64,000 nucleotides of DNA from Eledone cirrhosa (Eukaryota). A program made the translations under genes and the position numbers. The stretch lies in contig OZ024746.1 in the NCBI GenBank assembly GCA_964016885.1, forward strand, positions 45,942,001-46,006,000. Direction: 5' to 3'. Under the pieces are notes generated by a model that worked only from the letters and a program-made list of their open reading frames with translations, was not told the origin of the DNA and did not search any database. Below are positions 40,084 through 53,562 of the stretch, piece by piece. Within the stretch, counting starts at the first letter, position 1, and every line of letters begins with the position of its first letter.

Positions 40084-40329
40084 TTTTCTTTATTAACCAC
40101 AAGGGTTTACATAAAGTAGACATTAAGGACAGTACAGGACAATACAGGACGGTACAAATGGGCATTTCTGCGTGTAAAAAAAAACGGAGGTTGAAATAAA
40201 ATAACAAAGAAAAATTCCCCAATAGGGGGGAGACTTCTGAGGGACATTTGTGGAGAAAGCCCATTAAAAGACCACAGTGGCCCTGACCACCAGGGCAAGT
40301 GCCCTCTCCCAGTTTTCCACCTTTAATTT

Positions 40330-43300
40330 ACAGACACATACTCAGAGAAGGCCCATTCATTCGGGCCATACTTGCTTCTCTCACCCATCTTTCAACAAAA
40401 TGCTGGGAAGAGAGCACTTCCCTCTCTACCCTGAATTTCCTTTTCAAATGAAATTTGAAAAAGTTAATCAGGGCATCACCGAAGAGGTAAGTGCTCGTCT
40501 TCAGCCCTTTCAAACGTGTCCACCATACTATCTCTTTCGCCATGGCCACCAGACAGATAAAAACTGCCTGCCCTTCCCGGCTAAAGGAAGGGGGCGGGGC
40601 AATCCTCACGATGGACTCAGCTGATAGCTGGATCCGTCCTACACGTGACAGCAGGTGTTCGACTTAAACCCACAAGTCAGCAATGCTCGGACACTGGACG
40701 AGTGCGTGCAGGACGGTTTCGTCGCCCTGCGCGCATCTCGGACATGCCCGGCTGACGGCACCTCCATGCCTGTAGAGTTTATCCCGAACTGGCAAAGCTC
40801 CTCGGTAGCACTGCCAGGCCAGGGATTTCTGGAAGTTGTCCATAGGCCCCGGCCCGAAAGTCCTTCCGAAGAGATTGGCTAGTTGATTTTCGTCGACGCC
40901 TAGAGTTTCTCCAAGTACGTCGTCGCTCTTCCCCTCCACTAATCCCCTATAGAACGCCAAGGTGGAGTTTCCACCGATCACATTGCCCGATTGGTCGAGG
41001 GCTGTGAGCGCCTGAAGACATTCCAGTCTCCAAGCGCTCCCTCTCGGTCTTCGCTTGACCCAGGACTGCAGCTCCGTCAAGGAGACGAGCTGGGGAAAAA
41101 CGTGTCTAGCAAACGGCGACCACACCTGATCACCGTCGAGGAAGAGGTGGAGATGTCGTAGCCTGAGCACGTGTCTGCGCATCATCAGCCACGGCATACC
41201 CAGCCCTCCACGTAGCGGGTGTTGACAGCAGATGGACCGCCTGACCATCGGAGCGCGTCCCTTCCACAAGAAGCGAAACAGCAAACGCTCCAGCGCAGTC
41301 AGGCGGGGCTTAGGACAAGGTACGACGGTCAGGCGGTAGTAGATGACGGATGCGATGTACGCATTCGCCACCTCCGCTCGACCTTTCAGGGATAGCTTCC
41401 TCTCGGCCCATTTCTGGGTGAGAGAAGCCACCCTGCTGGTCACCTCGTCCCAGTTTTTGTCCGTCTGGAGGTCTGGACCGAACCAGACCCCTAGCAATTT
41501 AACCGGTCCGTCCGTCCAGCGCCCGACGACGGTGTTGGACGGCATGGACCTACCTCTCCAGGTGCCGAGCTGCAGGCCCAGTGACTTTTCCTGTTTGATC
41601 ATTGTCCTGTCACCGCTTCGTATTCTCTTAGTGTAGTGCCGATCGCCTCGATGTGTTTGGCGTTCGACACCACTACGGTGACATCGTCGGCATATGCTGA
41701 CACGGATCTTCCGCATCCTAGTTCGCGCGGGACCCCCCTCAACGTCTCCAGTTTCTGCAGTAATGGCTCGAGAGTCAATACGTACAATAGGGACGAGAGG
41801 GGACATCCTTGGCGGACCGAGCGCATGATGTTGAACGGTTCCGAAAGGTGACCGTTCACTCTCACTACAGAGCAGATGTCGCTGTGCATGGCAGCGATCC
41901 AGCCTCTGAAGACGGGCCCAAAGCCAGCCGCCCTCAGGACTGCCGCTAGATAACGATGGTCGACCCTATCGAAGGCTTTCGATTGATCTAAATTGATCAA
42001 AGACCCACCCTTGCCAGGTTCCCTAGCTACCCTCTCTACGATGTATCGCATGAGGTGGAGGTTGTCGTGGATGGATCTGTCGGGAATGGCGCATGTCTGT
42101 GCCTCTCCCACCAGACCACCAACGACAAGCGCCAACCTCTTTGCTAGCACCTTGGCCAAAATCTTGAACTCTGTGTTTAGCAGAGTTATGGGCCTAAAAT
42201 TATCTATGTTATCCCCCTTGTTCGGATCCTTTCTCAGCAGTGCCACCGCTCCTCGGCTCACAGAGCTGGGAATTATCCCGTTCTGTTGCCAGTTGCAGTA
42301 GACGTCCGCCAAGAGGTCTCCGAACAAGTTTGGCATTTGTACGTAAAGTTCATAGGGCAGACCATCCAAACCAGGCGATTTACCCCTTGTGCAACTAGTC
42401 ATTGCATCCCGTACTTCAGCGGTTGTTATCGGCTTTTCGCAACACTCCGCCTCAGTGGCCGAAAGCCGCGGCAGTCCGTCGAGGTAGACACTAAAGTCCA
42501 TCCCTCGATCCGGCCCGCCACTGCCCCCGAACAGTTGAGCGAAGTGTCGCTGAAAAGCTTCACACATTTGCCCGGGATCGAGTAGCATGCGCCCGTCGTG
42601 GTCCACCAAAGACCGGATCGTGGCTTTGTTGCCACGACGCGCCTCCGCCACTCGGGCCCATTGAACGGCTTTCGTCCCCTCGTGTCTCAGAGCACGCACC
42701 CTAGCTCTGACAACGCAGCCTTCGTGCTTTGCATTGAAGAATTGGTCACGGGCCAATTTCGCCGCAAGTACGTCGGTCGCGATGCCTTTGCTAAGCGCCT
42801 CATCTAATTTTCTAACTAGTTCTCCCTCTGCTCTATTTTTCTCTATTGCTAAAGTCTTAATAAACCTAATGGACTCTATTCTAATTGCTCTTTTCAGAGC
42901 AAACCACCACTTGTTGTTGACGATGGCCCCCGTCAACGCCCGCTTAACTAGTTCGCTAATCCGGTCTCTGTAGGCCTTGCGCGCTGGTAAGGACGTGTTT
43001 AGCTTCCAGTAGCCGGGTCCTCGCCTATGAAGCCTATCTAAGTCAAGCACACAGATCACGAATTTGTGGTCCGTGTAGCTGACTATCTTGAATTGTGGAC
43101 AGCCTATGCTAGACCTATCTATTTCCCTACAAAATACTCTATCTAGATATGATCTGGATGACCGTATGCGATTTGTCCAAGTCCACATTGGTACATTCGG
43201 GAAATCCATTCGGTACCTGTCAGACAGTTCAAAACGTCTGAGCAGGTTGGTGAGACTCTTGCACCCTCCTCCCCTATCCACTAATCCCACACAATCCCAG

Positions 43301-43746
43301 CGTGCATCTAAGATCCCGTTCCAGTCGCCCACTAACACTAAAGAGCGGGACGTTCCAAGAAAGGTCTCCAGACGCCGGAAGAAATCAGGCCGCCCTGCTC
43401 CTGTCGGGGCATAGACGGCCACTAACCTGAAAGCTTGCCCGTCTCCGCTGGTCGCGTCCAGCACCACCAACTTACCTTCTGGGTCCAGGAAGATGGCCTG
43501 TATGGCAAGATCCAAACCTCTCCGAAAAAGCACAGCAACTCCTCCCCCCGATCCCGGACGGCTGGGAGATGCGTACACATCGTAGCCGCCGAAGATCGGT
43601 GCGAAAGCCTGTGCTTCGGAGATTCTGGTCTCGCTGATGGCCACTACATCTATGTTTAGTGACCTGAGGTCGTTGAGCAGGTGGCCCTGCTTCCATGACG
43701 ACCCCAAGCCACGCGCATTTATGCTGCCTATTCTGAGTGAGGTCAT
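40330..43746 (-). pseudogene. Tx1-like ORF2 (APE endonuclease, RT, C-terminal Cys motif), frameshifts near 41600 and 40665
   Basis: SINARGL, ISET, GDWN, YLDR, TDH (APE); GYWKLN, KSPGLDG, RPITLLN, DQSKAFD, QGCPLS, YADD (RT); CPRC...HALVQC. Confidence 0.9.
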
Positions 43747-43780
43747 GTTGAAAAGGAGTGGAAAAGATGGGAAAGACCAC

Positions 43781-45779
43781 TTACCTTACTTCTCGTAGGG
43801 GAAGGACGGTTTTTCCATCCTTTTCACTGCTTGTGGCCTCCTCAGGAAGGATGTCCTTATAAATCCTCCTGGAGAGTGCTTGTCGGAAGTCTCCGATGTC
43901 TTTAGGGAATTTTTGTTTTAGTGTCATGTACGTTTTCTGTGTGATGCGAGTGATTTGTATGTGTGGAGGTGGTGTGAATTTTGGGGTTGTTGTGTAGTCT
44001 TTTTCTGTGATGCTCGTGTTGTGTTGGATGTAGTGTAATAATTGCTTGTTGTTCAAATTTAATGCTGTGTAGTGTGTATCGTTTTGGTTGTTTTGTTTTG
44101 TTTGCGTTTGTTGTGGGTTTGTTTCTGTTTCGCATTTTGGTGACTTTTGTGGTGTAGGTGATGGTGGTGTTGGAGTTAATGATGGTAATGGTGTTGGTGT
44201 TTGGGTTGATGGGGTTGGTGATGCTGGTGTGGATGGTGGCATATCTGTCCTAACTTTTTTGTTTCTTAGTTTATTTGTTTCCCTCTGTATTTTGTTTTTG
44301 GAGGGGGAAGGAAGAGAATTTTTTTCTTTTTTGGTTTCTTTTTCTTTTTCCGGATATCGTTTCCCACTCCTCGTCGTCACAATCTGTCTCCAGTTGTGAT
44401 AGGCCGGGGAGTGGAAAATCCTCCACAGCCGTTAGTTTTGGTTGTGGTGTGGTGGATGGTGTAGGCGCTGGTGCTAGTTCTGAAGCGTTGGGTGGTGGTG
44501 GTGTTGGTTTTGCTGGTGGTGGTAGTGGTGTTGGTTTTGCTACTGTTGCTGGGGTTGTTGCTGTTATAGTTGCTTCTGTTGTTGCTGCTACAGTTGTTGC
44601 TGCCATCTCTGCTACTGGTGGTGTTGATGGTTGTGTCACTGGGGTGGGTAGGAGAGGTGGCCTCAACCTTTTAGCCTGAGGGCAGAAAGCCCTTAGGTGG
44701 GTTCCTTCACCACAAACGACACACCTAGGTCTTCTGCCCTCGACAATTACCGTGAGGTGGCTGCCGTCAGGGAGGTCTATTACCTCTGGGATCTCCTCAA
44801 TGCTTTTTTGGTCCGCTTGGATTAGGAGCTCCATCCCAGATCCGGACCAGTTTTCCTGCTTTTCTTTTGCTATTGCTATTATTTTCGTGTTGGCTTCGAT
44901 GCCGGCGATGACAGCCGCTATTAGCCAGGGAATTTCGATGGCCGGTGGAACGTGGGTCACCCTGATCTTTACGAGTCTCTGGCCACAATAGCTTGGGACG
45001 AGTGTGAAGTCGTCACTTTTTAATGGGGCCATGGAGTGTTCTCTAGCCTCCTCTGGTGTTTCAAAGAACACATCCACGGTTCCATACTTTTGCCCACGTC
45101 TGATGTGGGTTTTTCTTGCCCACACATGTCCCAAAGCTTTTTGGATTTGGGACTCGGATGCCCGTTCCACTCGGCGCGATTTTACATTTATTGTTCTATA
45201 CGACACGGTGCATAGGCGCCGATGCTCCATTTTATTAGGTGGGGGGGTGAGGCTGACCCTGTACCCATTTTTCTTTACCATTTGTTTGGCATTTTCTAAA
45301 TCGTCTTGAGTTACCGTGAATGCTTCAAATTGTTTTGCTACTATGGCGAAACTGAGGGGGGGGGGGGTTATAATGTCATTGTTGTTGTTGTTGCTATCGT
45401 TATTTGTGTTAATATTAATTTTAGTTTCAGGTGTGGTGGTGGTGACGTCAGTCGTCTTTGGTGCGGAAGAGTCCATTTTGCTTGATTTCATTTCGACATC
45501 ACGAGTTAATTTATTTTGTTCTTCTTTTGTTTCTGTTGTCGCGGTGGTGGTGGGGGTGGTGGTTGTCGCGGTGGTGGTGGTGGTGGAGGCTTTAACACCT
45601 GCAGTCATTGGTAATGGCGGGAAATGAATGTCTCCCTGAGACAAATTTAAAATATTGCTACTGCTTATATTTTGTTTTGTGTTGGCAAACGTAGTAACAT
45701 TTACAATGGTGGTGTCGGTGTGAGGTGTTATTTTGTGAGGAAGGCTTTCAGCTGCTTCGTGCAGAGGCAAATTAGCCAT
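43781..45779 (-). pseudogene. Tx1-like ORF1 (RRM-like region + CCHC knuckle, Pro/Thr-rich), one frameshift near 44300-44380
   Basis: CVVCGEGTHLRAFC is a CX2CX4HX4C knuckle. ORFs 45779-44271 and 44380-43781 overlap, and the second ends 35 bp before the ORF2 ATG. Confidence 0.8.
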
Positions 45780-45988
45780 TTTTTATTCAAAGAAATTTTT
45801 GGATAATAATAAAAGTTAAAATTTTGGGCACAAGGCCCCAATCTTTTTGGGTGTCCTTTTCGGAAAACAATGTATGTGTGCTTATAAACAGTTAACAATA
45901 AAATTTTCCATAAATGGCAATTTTTAACAAACGGAAATAACAAACCTTTGCGGAGCTCACGATGATACGATTTACTATGTAGGTCGCC

Positions 45989-46026
<38 letters not shown>

Positions 46027-46059
46027 CAACAACAATGGTGATGATGAAAATAACAATTG

Positions 46060-46425
46060 GGTAGAGCTGATTGTTGTAGGATGTCAGTATTCAATGTGAT
46101 CAAATGATTAAGACTAGAAGACCAGACATTATTATTGTAAAATTTAAAAAAGGAAAGACACTGCTCAATAATAGTTATAGCATCTCTGATAATAGGTGTG
46201 TGAAAGAACAAGAAATGTTAAAGATCTGAAAAAAGTAATTGAAAGAACGTGGAATATGAAAAAAGATGAAATTATATAAGTCATATTGGTCACTCTTGGT
46301 ACATTCATAAAGAATATGAAATCATGGTTGAAGAAGACTGGGATTAAAATTTGGACAGATTTATTACAGAAAATCCTATTATTAGTAATTTCAAGGATCT
46401 TAATAAAGATGCTCAAAAATTGAGC
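46060..46425 (+). mobile_element. Old R4/Dong-type REL endonuclease fragment
   Basis: DVSIQCDQMIKTRRPDIIIV...LKKVIERTWNM...VTLGTF...WLKKTG...LLQKILLL parallels the end of the 38969-39958 ORF. Confidence 0.7.
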
Positions 46426-47067
46426 TCATGAAAGAATCTTGGGATCTAGTGGATCTGTGGGGTTCTTTAATTAGCATTAGGTGATCAGCTCTTTGTACCA
46501 GAAGGGCTGGATGCCTTACTTAATTTTATAATAGGTATATCTCACTTGTATATTATGTACACTTGCTACCCATTTTCTCATTTCTATGCAAACTCACAAC
46601 TTAATGGCGTAACTTGTTCTTGTATTGTCTCCTTTATCCAAAGCCCTTGTGGCAAATAAGATAAATAATAATAATGGTTTCTGATTTAGGCACAAGACCA
46701 ACAATTTTTAGGGAAAGGAAAATTAAATTAAATAAACCCCAGTAAAGGGACATAACTATATGCAGGAAAGCATGATGCCTGATGCTCTACTGATACTACC
46801 AATCTACCACCAACAATAATAGTAATAATGGTTTCTACTTTTAGCACAAGGCCAGCAATTTGAAGGGAAAGGAAAGTCGATGAAATCAACCCCAGTTATA
46901 TTGGTATATATACATACATCCTCACATTTGTAGATATATGTATATGCTTACATTGGCATATATATATGTGTATATTCTCACATCAGTATATATATGTACA
47001 TCCTCACATTGGTTTATGGATATATGTGTTTACATTGGTATGTATATGTATTCTGCCTCAGATCTGT

Positions 47068-47411
47068 ATCATCATCATCATCATTTCATTTTACGTCTGC
47101 TTTTTCCCTGCTTGCAAGGGTGGGACGGGAACTGATTCTGGCTTGATTTCTACAGCTGGATGCCCTTCCTAACACCAACCTCATTTACAATGAGTGCTGG
47201 GTGCTTTTTTGCCGTGGCACCTCTACGACCACTTTGCAGTGGAATGATATGACCCCAGTCCCTATCATCTCATTTCTACAGCTGAGTAAACTGGAGCAAT
47301 GTGAAATAAAGTGTCTTGCTCAAGGAAACAACACATCACCCGGTCTGAGAATTGAACTTACAACCTTTCGATTGCAAGGCCAATGCTCTAACCCCTAAGC
47401 CATGTGCCTCC
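47068..47411 (-). mobile_element. SINE family B, full length
   Basis: Near-identical to 11601-11938. Confidence 0.9.
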
Positions 47412-49074
47412 ATTGTATATATATATATATTCATTCTCACATGCCTTGTAACCCCTTTTTGGGATATGTTTTGCACTCAATATGTAGGCCCTTGTGGCAG
47501 ATAATGAAAACATTGAAGAAAGTTGAATGGTGGGAAACAAATTAAAGGTTTGAGAATAGAGCTTTTACTTTAAGGCCAACCCTTCATCTACTTCTTATAT
47601 ACCTTGTGAGGGAAGAGAGAATATTGTATAATTTATTTATGGGTGTTAGTTGGCAGAATTAGTAGAGTGTTGAACAACATGCTTTGCAGGATATAGTTAT
47701 GGCACTTTACATTCTGAGTTTAAATCCTTCCAAAGTTAGCACATCCTAATGTGGTTGATAAAATAAAGTACCAGTGACACACTGGGGCGATTTAACTGAC
47801 TTTTTTCTTCCTCAAACCTTTTGGTCTTGAGCCAAAATCAGAAACTATTGTTTATCTATAATTGAACGTACTTATTTATTTATCTATCATCTATCTCCTG
47901 CATTAATTGAATTTATTTATTTCAAGAAACTAACTACATTGAATTTACCAAACTAGAAATGATAGCTTTCAAGAATAAAAAAAAATATAATGCTGCTTGT
48001 TTTATTGTAAAGCTACCAGTTAACCTTGTTCATTTCAATGCATGGGGTCAAGATAGGAACATCCACGCTGAATCCCTGGGAGTATTAATAAGATACTGCT
48101 AATCCTATCACTACCACAAACAACAGTTATAAGTGTGGACACGATAAGAAGATTTCAATGCATTTCATTTCTGTTTTCTTTAACTTAAATTATGATTTTA
48201 ATATTTTATTTTCATATCAGCATTTAATATGCTGAATAAGTAACAGTTGAATTTAGACAAAAATCTAATATCAAAATCTAGATATAAATATAGATTAAAT
48301 ATAAGACTAAAACCTGGACAATTCTTTAACAATTTTGATCCCAACCTAGCCCAAACTGGCTCTGGTTCTATGAAAAACACCCACCCAAGGGTTCCTATTT
48401 AAATTTAAATCTTCCAACATAATTTCGAGCCTGTGGTAATGGAGACATGTTATTGTGATATTACATTTTATATACAAGCCATAAGTTAAGATAGAAATTT
48501 AGTAATGAAATTATTAATAATTTTAGTGAATCTCTCAACATTCTTCATTAATCAATTGAAATAGAATGTATTACATTAGAAATATGGTAAGGAAAGGATT
48601 AAAGAATGTATATAACTATGAAATAAAAATAATTCTATTTGTTATCTCAAGAGATCACTATTTAGTTAAAAGCAAAACACACATTCCATAATGTTAGATT
48701 TCAATAATACAATAAACAATATTCAAACAAAAGTCATTAAAAACACTGCAAACATTCTCCAAAGTAAATTAGAAACATGACTGATATTATGGAATTAATA
48801 TAGGCATGTGAATTTGGGGGTTTAAGAGGAAAAATACAACAATGCTCAGCTTTCAATAGATTAATCTTACATAAATTTAATCTTATATTTTGGATATATA
48901 AGTTCTAAATTAAAGTTATTTCATTTAATTTCTTCTTAGTAACTGATAGTATAAACACTACAAAAATATTACTATATTGATAATTATATGTAAGTGGTTA
49001 AGTAATCATAATTGTTTATATATATATATATATGCATAGTTATTATGATTATTATTATTATTATTAGACGCATA

Positions 49075-49201
49075 AAGTTACGGCTCTTGCCATTCTGAGT
49101 TCAAATCCCGCCAAAGTTAACTTTGCCCTTCAAAGGTCGATAAAATAAAGTACCAGTAATACAGTGGGATAATTGCTGGCCTTGTGCCAAAAGTAGAAAC
49201 A

Positions 49202-49245
<44 letters not shown>

Positions 49246-49460
49246 CAATTGGCAGTATCGTTAGAGGGACAGACGCTATGCTTTGCAGCATAGAGTTATG
49301 GCCCTTTATGGTCTGAGTTCAAATCTCACAGAGGTAAACTTTGCCTTTCATCCTTATGGGGTCGATAAAATAAAGTACCAGTCATGCACTGTGGTCGATT
49401 AAATCAACTTTCCCCCGCCCCAAAATTGCTGGCCTTGTGCCTATATAAGAAACCATTATT
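49075..49460 (+). mobile_element. Two SINE family A copies joined by (ATT)n
   Basis: B box GAGTTCAAATC, shared body and ggccttgtgcc...agaaac + (ATT)n tails. Other diverged family A copies lie near 12455, 17745, 27020, 46675 and 47648. Confidence 0.8.
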
Positions 49461-49565
49461 ATAAATTATACAAAGCTAGTGTGATAAAGAAAAAATGTCA
49501 CTCATGTTCTACTGAATATCTAGTGTATTGTTTTATTGGATTCCCAGAAGCCAATATGTTGTCAA

Positions 49566-49831
49566 TGTGTCTTATATGAGTGATAGAAGTTTCAAATGAC
49601 AGAATACAACCATGTAAGATGTGTCATATATGTGATAGCACTTTCAAATGACAGAATACATCCATGTAAGATGTGTCTTAATTATGTGACAGCACTTTCA
49701 AATGACAATACAACCATGTAAGATGTCTCTAAATATGTGATAGCACTTTCAAATCACAGAATACACCCATGTAAGATGTGTCTTAAATATGTGATAGCAC
49801 TTTTAAATGACAGAATACAATCATGTAAAAT
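49566..49831. repeat. Minisatellite, ~53-bp unit x5
   Basis: Unit gtgtcttaaatatgtgatagcactttcaaatgacagaatacaaccatgtaagat repeated head to tail, with no unique spacers. Confidence 0.9.
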
Positions 49832-50246
49832 CTATAATTCTATATATTGCAAATAGGCATGAGATGGTAGAGTTTCTGAGTCTGATAGCCATCGATACTG
49901 AAATGGAAGATCATAAACTTTCTATTTATGTTGAGCATTTTAGGCATTTGTTAGTAATATGGAAGTTTGTTTCAGTGATTTGTTAGAAATGAGCATTCTA
50001 ACTAGGCAGATAATCTAATATTGAAATTGTCTAACAAAACAATGAAACAGATCAAGTTAAATTCAAACGCAATAACTATAATTCGATATCACATGGAATT
50101 ATTTATCAGTACTAATAAATAAATGATTTTGGTAAGCAGTTTGACAGAAACATTCTGTCGAACAGATTAAGAAGTCAGTTAACAATAAAGAAGTGAAATA
50201 CCACCAGTGTTTAATTGGAAAAAGAATATATTTTTAACTTTATGCT

Positions 50247-50529
50247 TTAACCCTTTAGCATTTAAACTGGCCATATCACCAAACATTAATAGACTGACTT
50301 ATTAATTCTTTAGCATTTAAACCGACCACATCAAGCCAGAAATCTCTCACCTTTTACTGTTCAAACCGGCCATAACTGGCTGCTCATACTTATGTTAAGG
50401 TATTGTCTCAAAATAAATAATAACAAAATCTCAGAGATTTGATATTATGTGAAATAATTATATGAAAGAAAATGTTTACTGTGAAAATACAATAGTAAAT
50501 ATAGTGTAATGTAAATTCTAAAGGGTTAA
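50247..50529. mobile_element. piggyBac-type MITE (275 bp) with TTAA target duplication
   Basis: TTAA-CCCTTTAGCATTTAA ... GTAAATTCTAAAGGG-TTAA. The TIR matches at 13/15 and starts with CCC. Confidence 0.85.
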
Positions 50530-50886
50530 GAGTTAGAAATACTGTGATCATCTAAGAACCATTAAAACAACCACTGACCAATTGAGTCTATTTTGTTCAG
50601 CTGCACTGAAATTATCACCGAGGCATTTGATAGCATATTAAAACATATGCAACCTCCTCTAAGTAGTACACTACACCTCACACAGACAATAACTGTATGA
50701 GCAGCTGTTCATTATGGAATGCTTCTTATACTAGATTAAAGTATGGTATCATGTATATAGTTAAGTGTAACTGTTAGGTTCAACTAACTGTTTGACTAAT
50801 TACTTAATGTCTTTAAGCCTGCTGAAGCAGAGTTAATTGGAACTACTGAGCAAAAACACTAGACAATTTTATAATCAGTTACTTAC

Positions 50887-51061
50887 CAGTGTGTACTCCG
50901 ATTCTCAGGAGCAAAGGCATATTCCACAAATGATTAACTCGTAAGTTGCCACATTGGTACAAAAGATCTAATGCCATTGTGCCAATTTCACCGGCATGTT
51001 TTATTCCATTACGTTCTGGAAGACCACTTACAACCATATAAGCATCTCCTATTGTTTCCAC
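50887..51061 (-). CDS. Receptor-type guanylate cyclase, catalytic-domain exon (first exon visible in window, 175 bp, phase 0->1)
   Basis: Translates to [58 protein letters not shown](G). Acceptor tag at 51064-51062, donor gtaagt at 50886-50881. The Glu in VETIG is the GTP-specifying residue (Lys in adenylate cyclases). Confidence 0.97.
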
Positions 51062-52833
51062 CTACAGATAGCAAAAGAAAAAAGTCACTATTAACAAGTT
51101 CCTGATATAAGAAGATTCTGTCTGTTAGAGAAAAATATGGTGCTGTATAAAGAAAAAGAAAACAAATGACAGGAGGGAATGAAAGAGAGATTGAGGGAGA
51201 TGAAAGAGTATAAATATGGAAAGGACAAGAAAAAGAGAAAAGATAGAAAGAAACACCAAACAAAAAAAAAAGAAAAGAAACAGAAGCGATCAATAAAAGG
51301 AAGACAAGAGAGACAAGGAATTTGTATTTTTCTGGGTTTTTTTTATTATTTGTTTATACAATTTAGCTAAACTGTTTAGTAGTGGACTTGCTGTCGCAAG
51401 GCTATCTGTTTGTTTCATGTTGTACAATGTAATTTCCCAGATTGGTGAAGTTCTTTTTTTGTTATTTCTATGTTAGATTGTGTCATGTGAAGTTAGTGAA
51501 CCAATGATTGAAGTTACTCTACTAGAGATGTAGCAAGCAGTAAATATGTGCATGAGCTGGTTGGGTGAAGAGCTACATAAAAAGCTGAAAGATTTATTTT
51601 TGAAGATTAGAATGAACTCAAAATTTCATAGACCCAGCTTGAACAAAATTAGTTTTAAGTTCTTCATGAAAGTACTCAGTGCCTGCACTGAATTCAATAA
51701 TTTAATATTATATTTTGTTGATATTTATAATTGAAGTGCTTTTGTCCTCCTGACAGCATGTATATGGTAGTATGGAGAATTTAGTATTTTCAGTCGGTTT
51801 TGTGTTTGTAATTTGATAAAGTAATTTGATTTTAGATTTGGAAAATTTTATAACATTTGACTTACCACCAAATTAGAAAAAAAATTTTGGTAAACAATCT
51901 ATATGCTAAATGTAACATTTGAATACATGAAATTATGGAGAAAAATCAATAAATTTGCTTTTTAGAGTAAACATGACCATCATAAAATTCTAAGACCACA
52001 ATCTAAATAGATTTGTCATTATTATGCAACAAAGACTTGTGTTATATAAATAAAATTAGAATCATTTTTTTTTCTTTTTAAATTGTTTTTCAAGATAAAA
52101 TGGGTGAATATGATGTAGGAAATGTGTAGAATAATTTAGTAATTTTATATTGCTTTTTACAGAGTTTCATGTATGTACATCAGCTCATGTACATTTCAGC
52201 TGGTTGATCTCATTAGGAACAATGACGTTTGCTTGACAGCAACTTGTAATGAATTTGGTGTACATTTAAACTTTGATCTTCAGTATATCAACTTAGCCAT
52301 TAGATTTGCCAACAGCTAGCTATTTCATTCTTGCATATGAATTTATATATAAATATATATATATATATGCGCGTGTGTGTGTGTTTGAGTGCATATATAA
52401 TATTAAAACAAATATGGTAGTTGTATATTATGCAACATTGAAATGATAGTGAAATGATATACATGTGTGTGTGTGTTTGTGTGTGTGCCTGCATGTGTGA
52501 TATCATATATCATTTTATGAATATCTTATACACACTCACACACATGTATATGTGTATGGATCAGAAAAAAATACTCAAAACATGCATAGTTAATAAATAT
52601 AAGACACATATACATATACAATGGGATGCAAAGTAAACAGACATTTTTATATTTAACAGCTGAAATTTGTATCAAACAAATAATAAAATATTAAGATAAT
52701 TTTCAAAAATAACATTTTTTTGTATTACTGAGTGTGTGTGTGTTTGTTTATATGTTGTTCTTTAGAGAATGAATATAGTTGAATAAAATATATGTGTATG
52801 TATGTGTTGGTACAACTTTGTTTCATTCACATT

Positions 52834-52880
<47 letters not shown>

Positions 52881-53217
52881 AAGACTATCAGAAAACTGTT
52901 CAGAAGACACAAAATAAAAACCTAGTCACTAAGGAAGTCACAGAATATGTGGCACAAGATTTTTGATAATATATAAACAACCTTCCAGTTATCCAAACAA
53001 CCAGCTGGAAATTTATAATAAATTGAAGTGAAAACCAACAGCTGCATGTGTTTTTATTGGCAGCATGACTCTCCCAAAGTATAACAATATCTGTTTCAAC
53101 ACACGTTTTCAGATAAAAAATCTTGCAAAACAAATTCAAAATCGAAGCATATATATATATATGCTTCGATTTTGAATATATATATATATATATACACATA
53201 TTTTGTTTTATGTGTAT

Positions 53218-53520
53218 GGGAGCTGTATGGGAGCTGTATGGGAGCATCCCAAAAGTCAGCTCAAAAGTGACACAGAGGAGACTGAGGTTAGCTGGTCATG
53301 CTCACCGACATCCAGAGTTGACATTGCACTCAGTACTCCTTTGGGAGCCCCTACATGGACACACTAGAAGAGGAAGACCAAGGTTAACGTATGTTGATGC
53401 CCTAAGGGCAGACACTGGTCTGTTGGGGATGCAGGACATGGCAGCGATAATGAGGGACAGAGACCGCTGGAGAGAACTCGTCCATGGATCTCGGGAATTT
53501 TACCCGCCTTAGATAGATAG
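53218..53520 (+). mobile_element. Short 3' copy of the RTE family at 60675-62035, (TAGA)n tail
   Basis: ELYGSIPKVSSKVTQRRLRLAGH...REFYPP is almost identical to the end of ORF 60989-62170. Confidence 0.9.
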
Positions 53521-53528
53521 AGATATAT

Positions 53529-53562
<34 letters not shown>

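Larger units (their letters stand above)
40083..45988 (-). mobile_element. Full-length Tx1/L1-like LINE (5.9 kb) flanked by (TTA)n on both sides
   Basis: 5' UTR, ORF1, ORF2, and a 3' UTR with AATAAA (plus-strand 40089-40094). (AAT)12 at 40047-40082 and (AAT)11 at 45989-46021. Confidence 0.92.

Noticed and set aside
49566-49831. Regularly spaced repeats as a possible CRISPR array
   Set aside because: The whole unit is repeated with no unique spacers, the context is eukaryotic, and there are no cas genes. It is a minisatellite.
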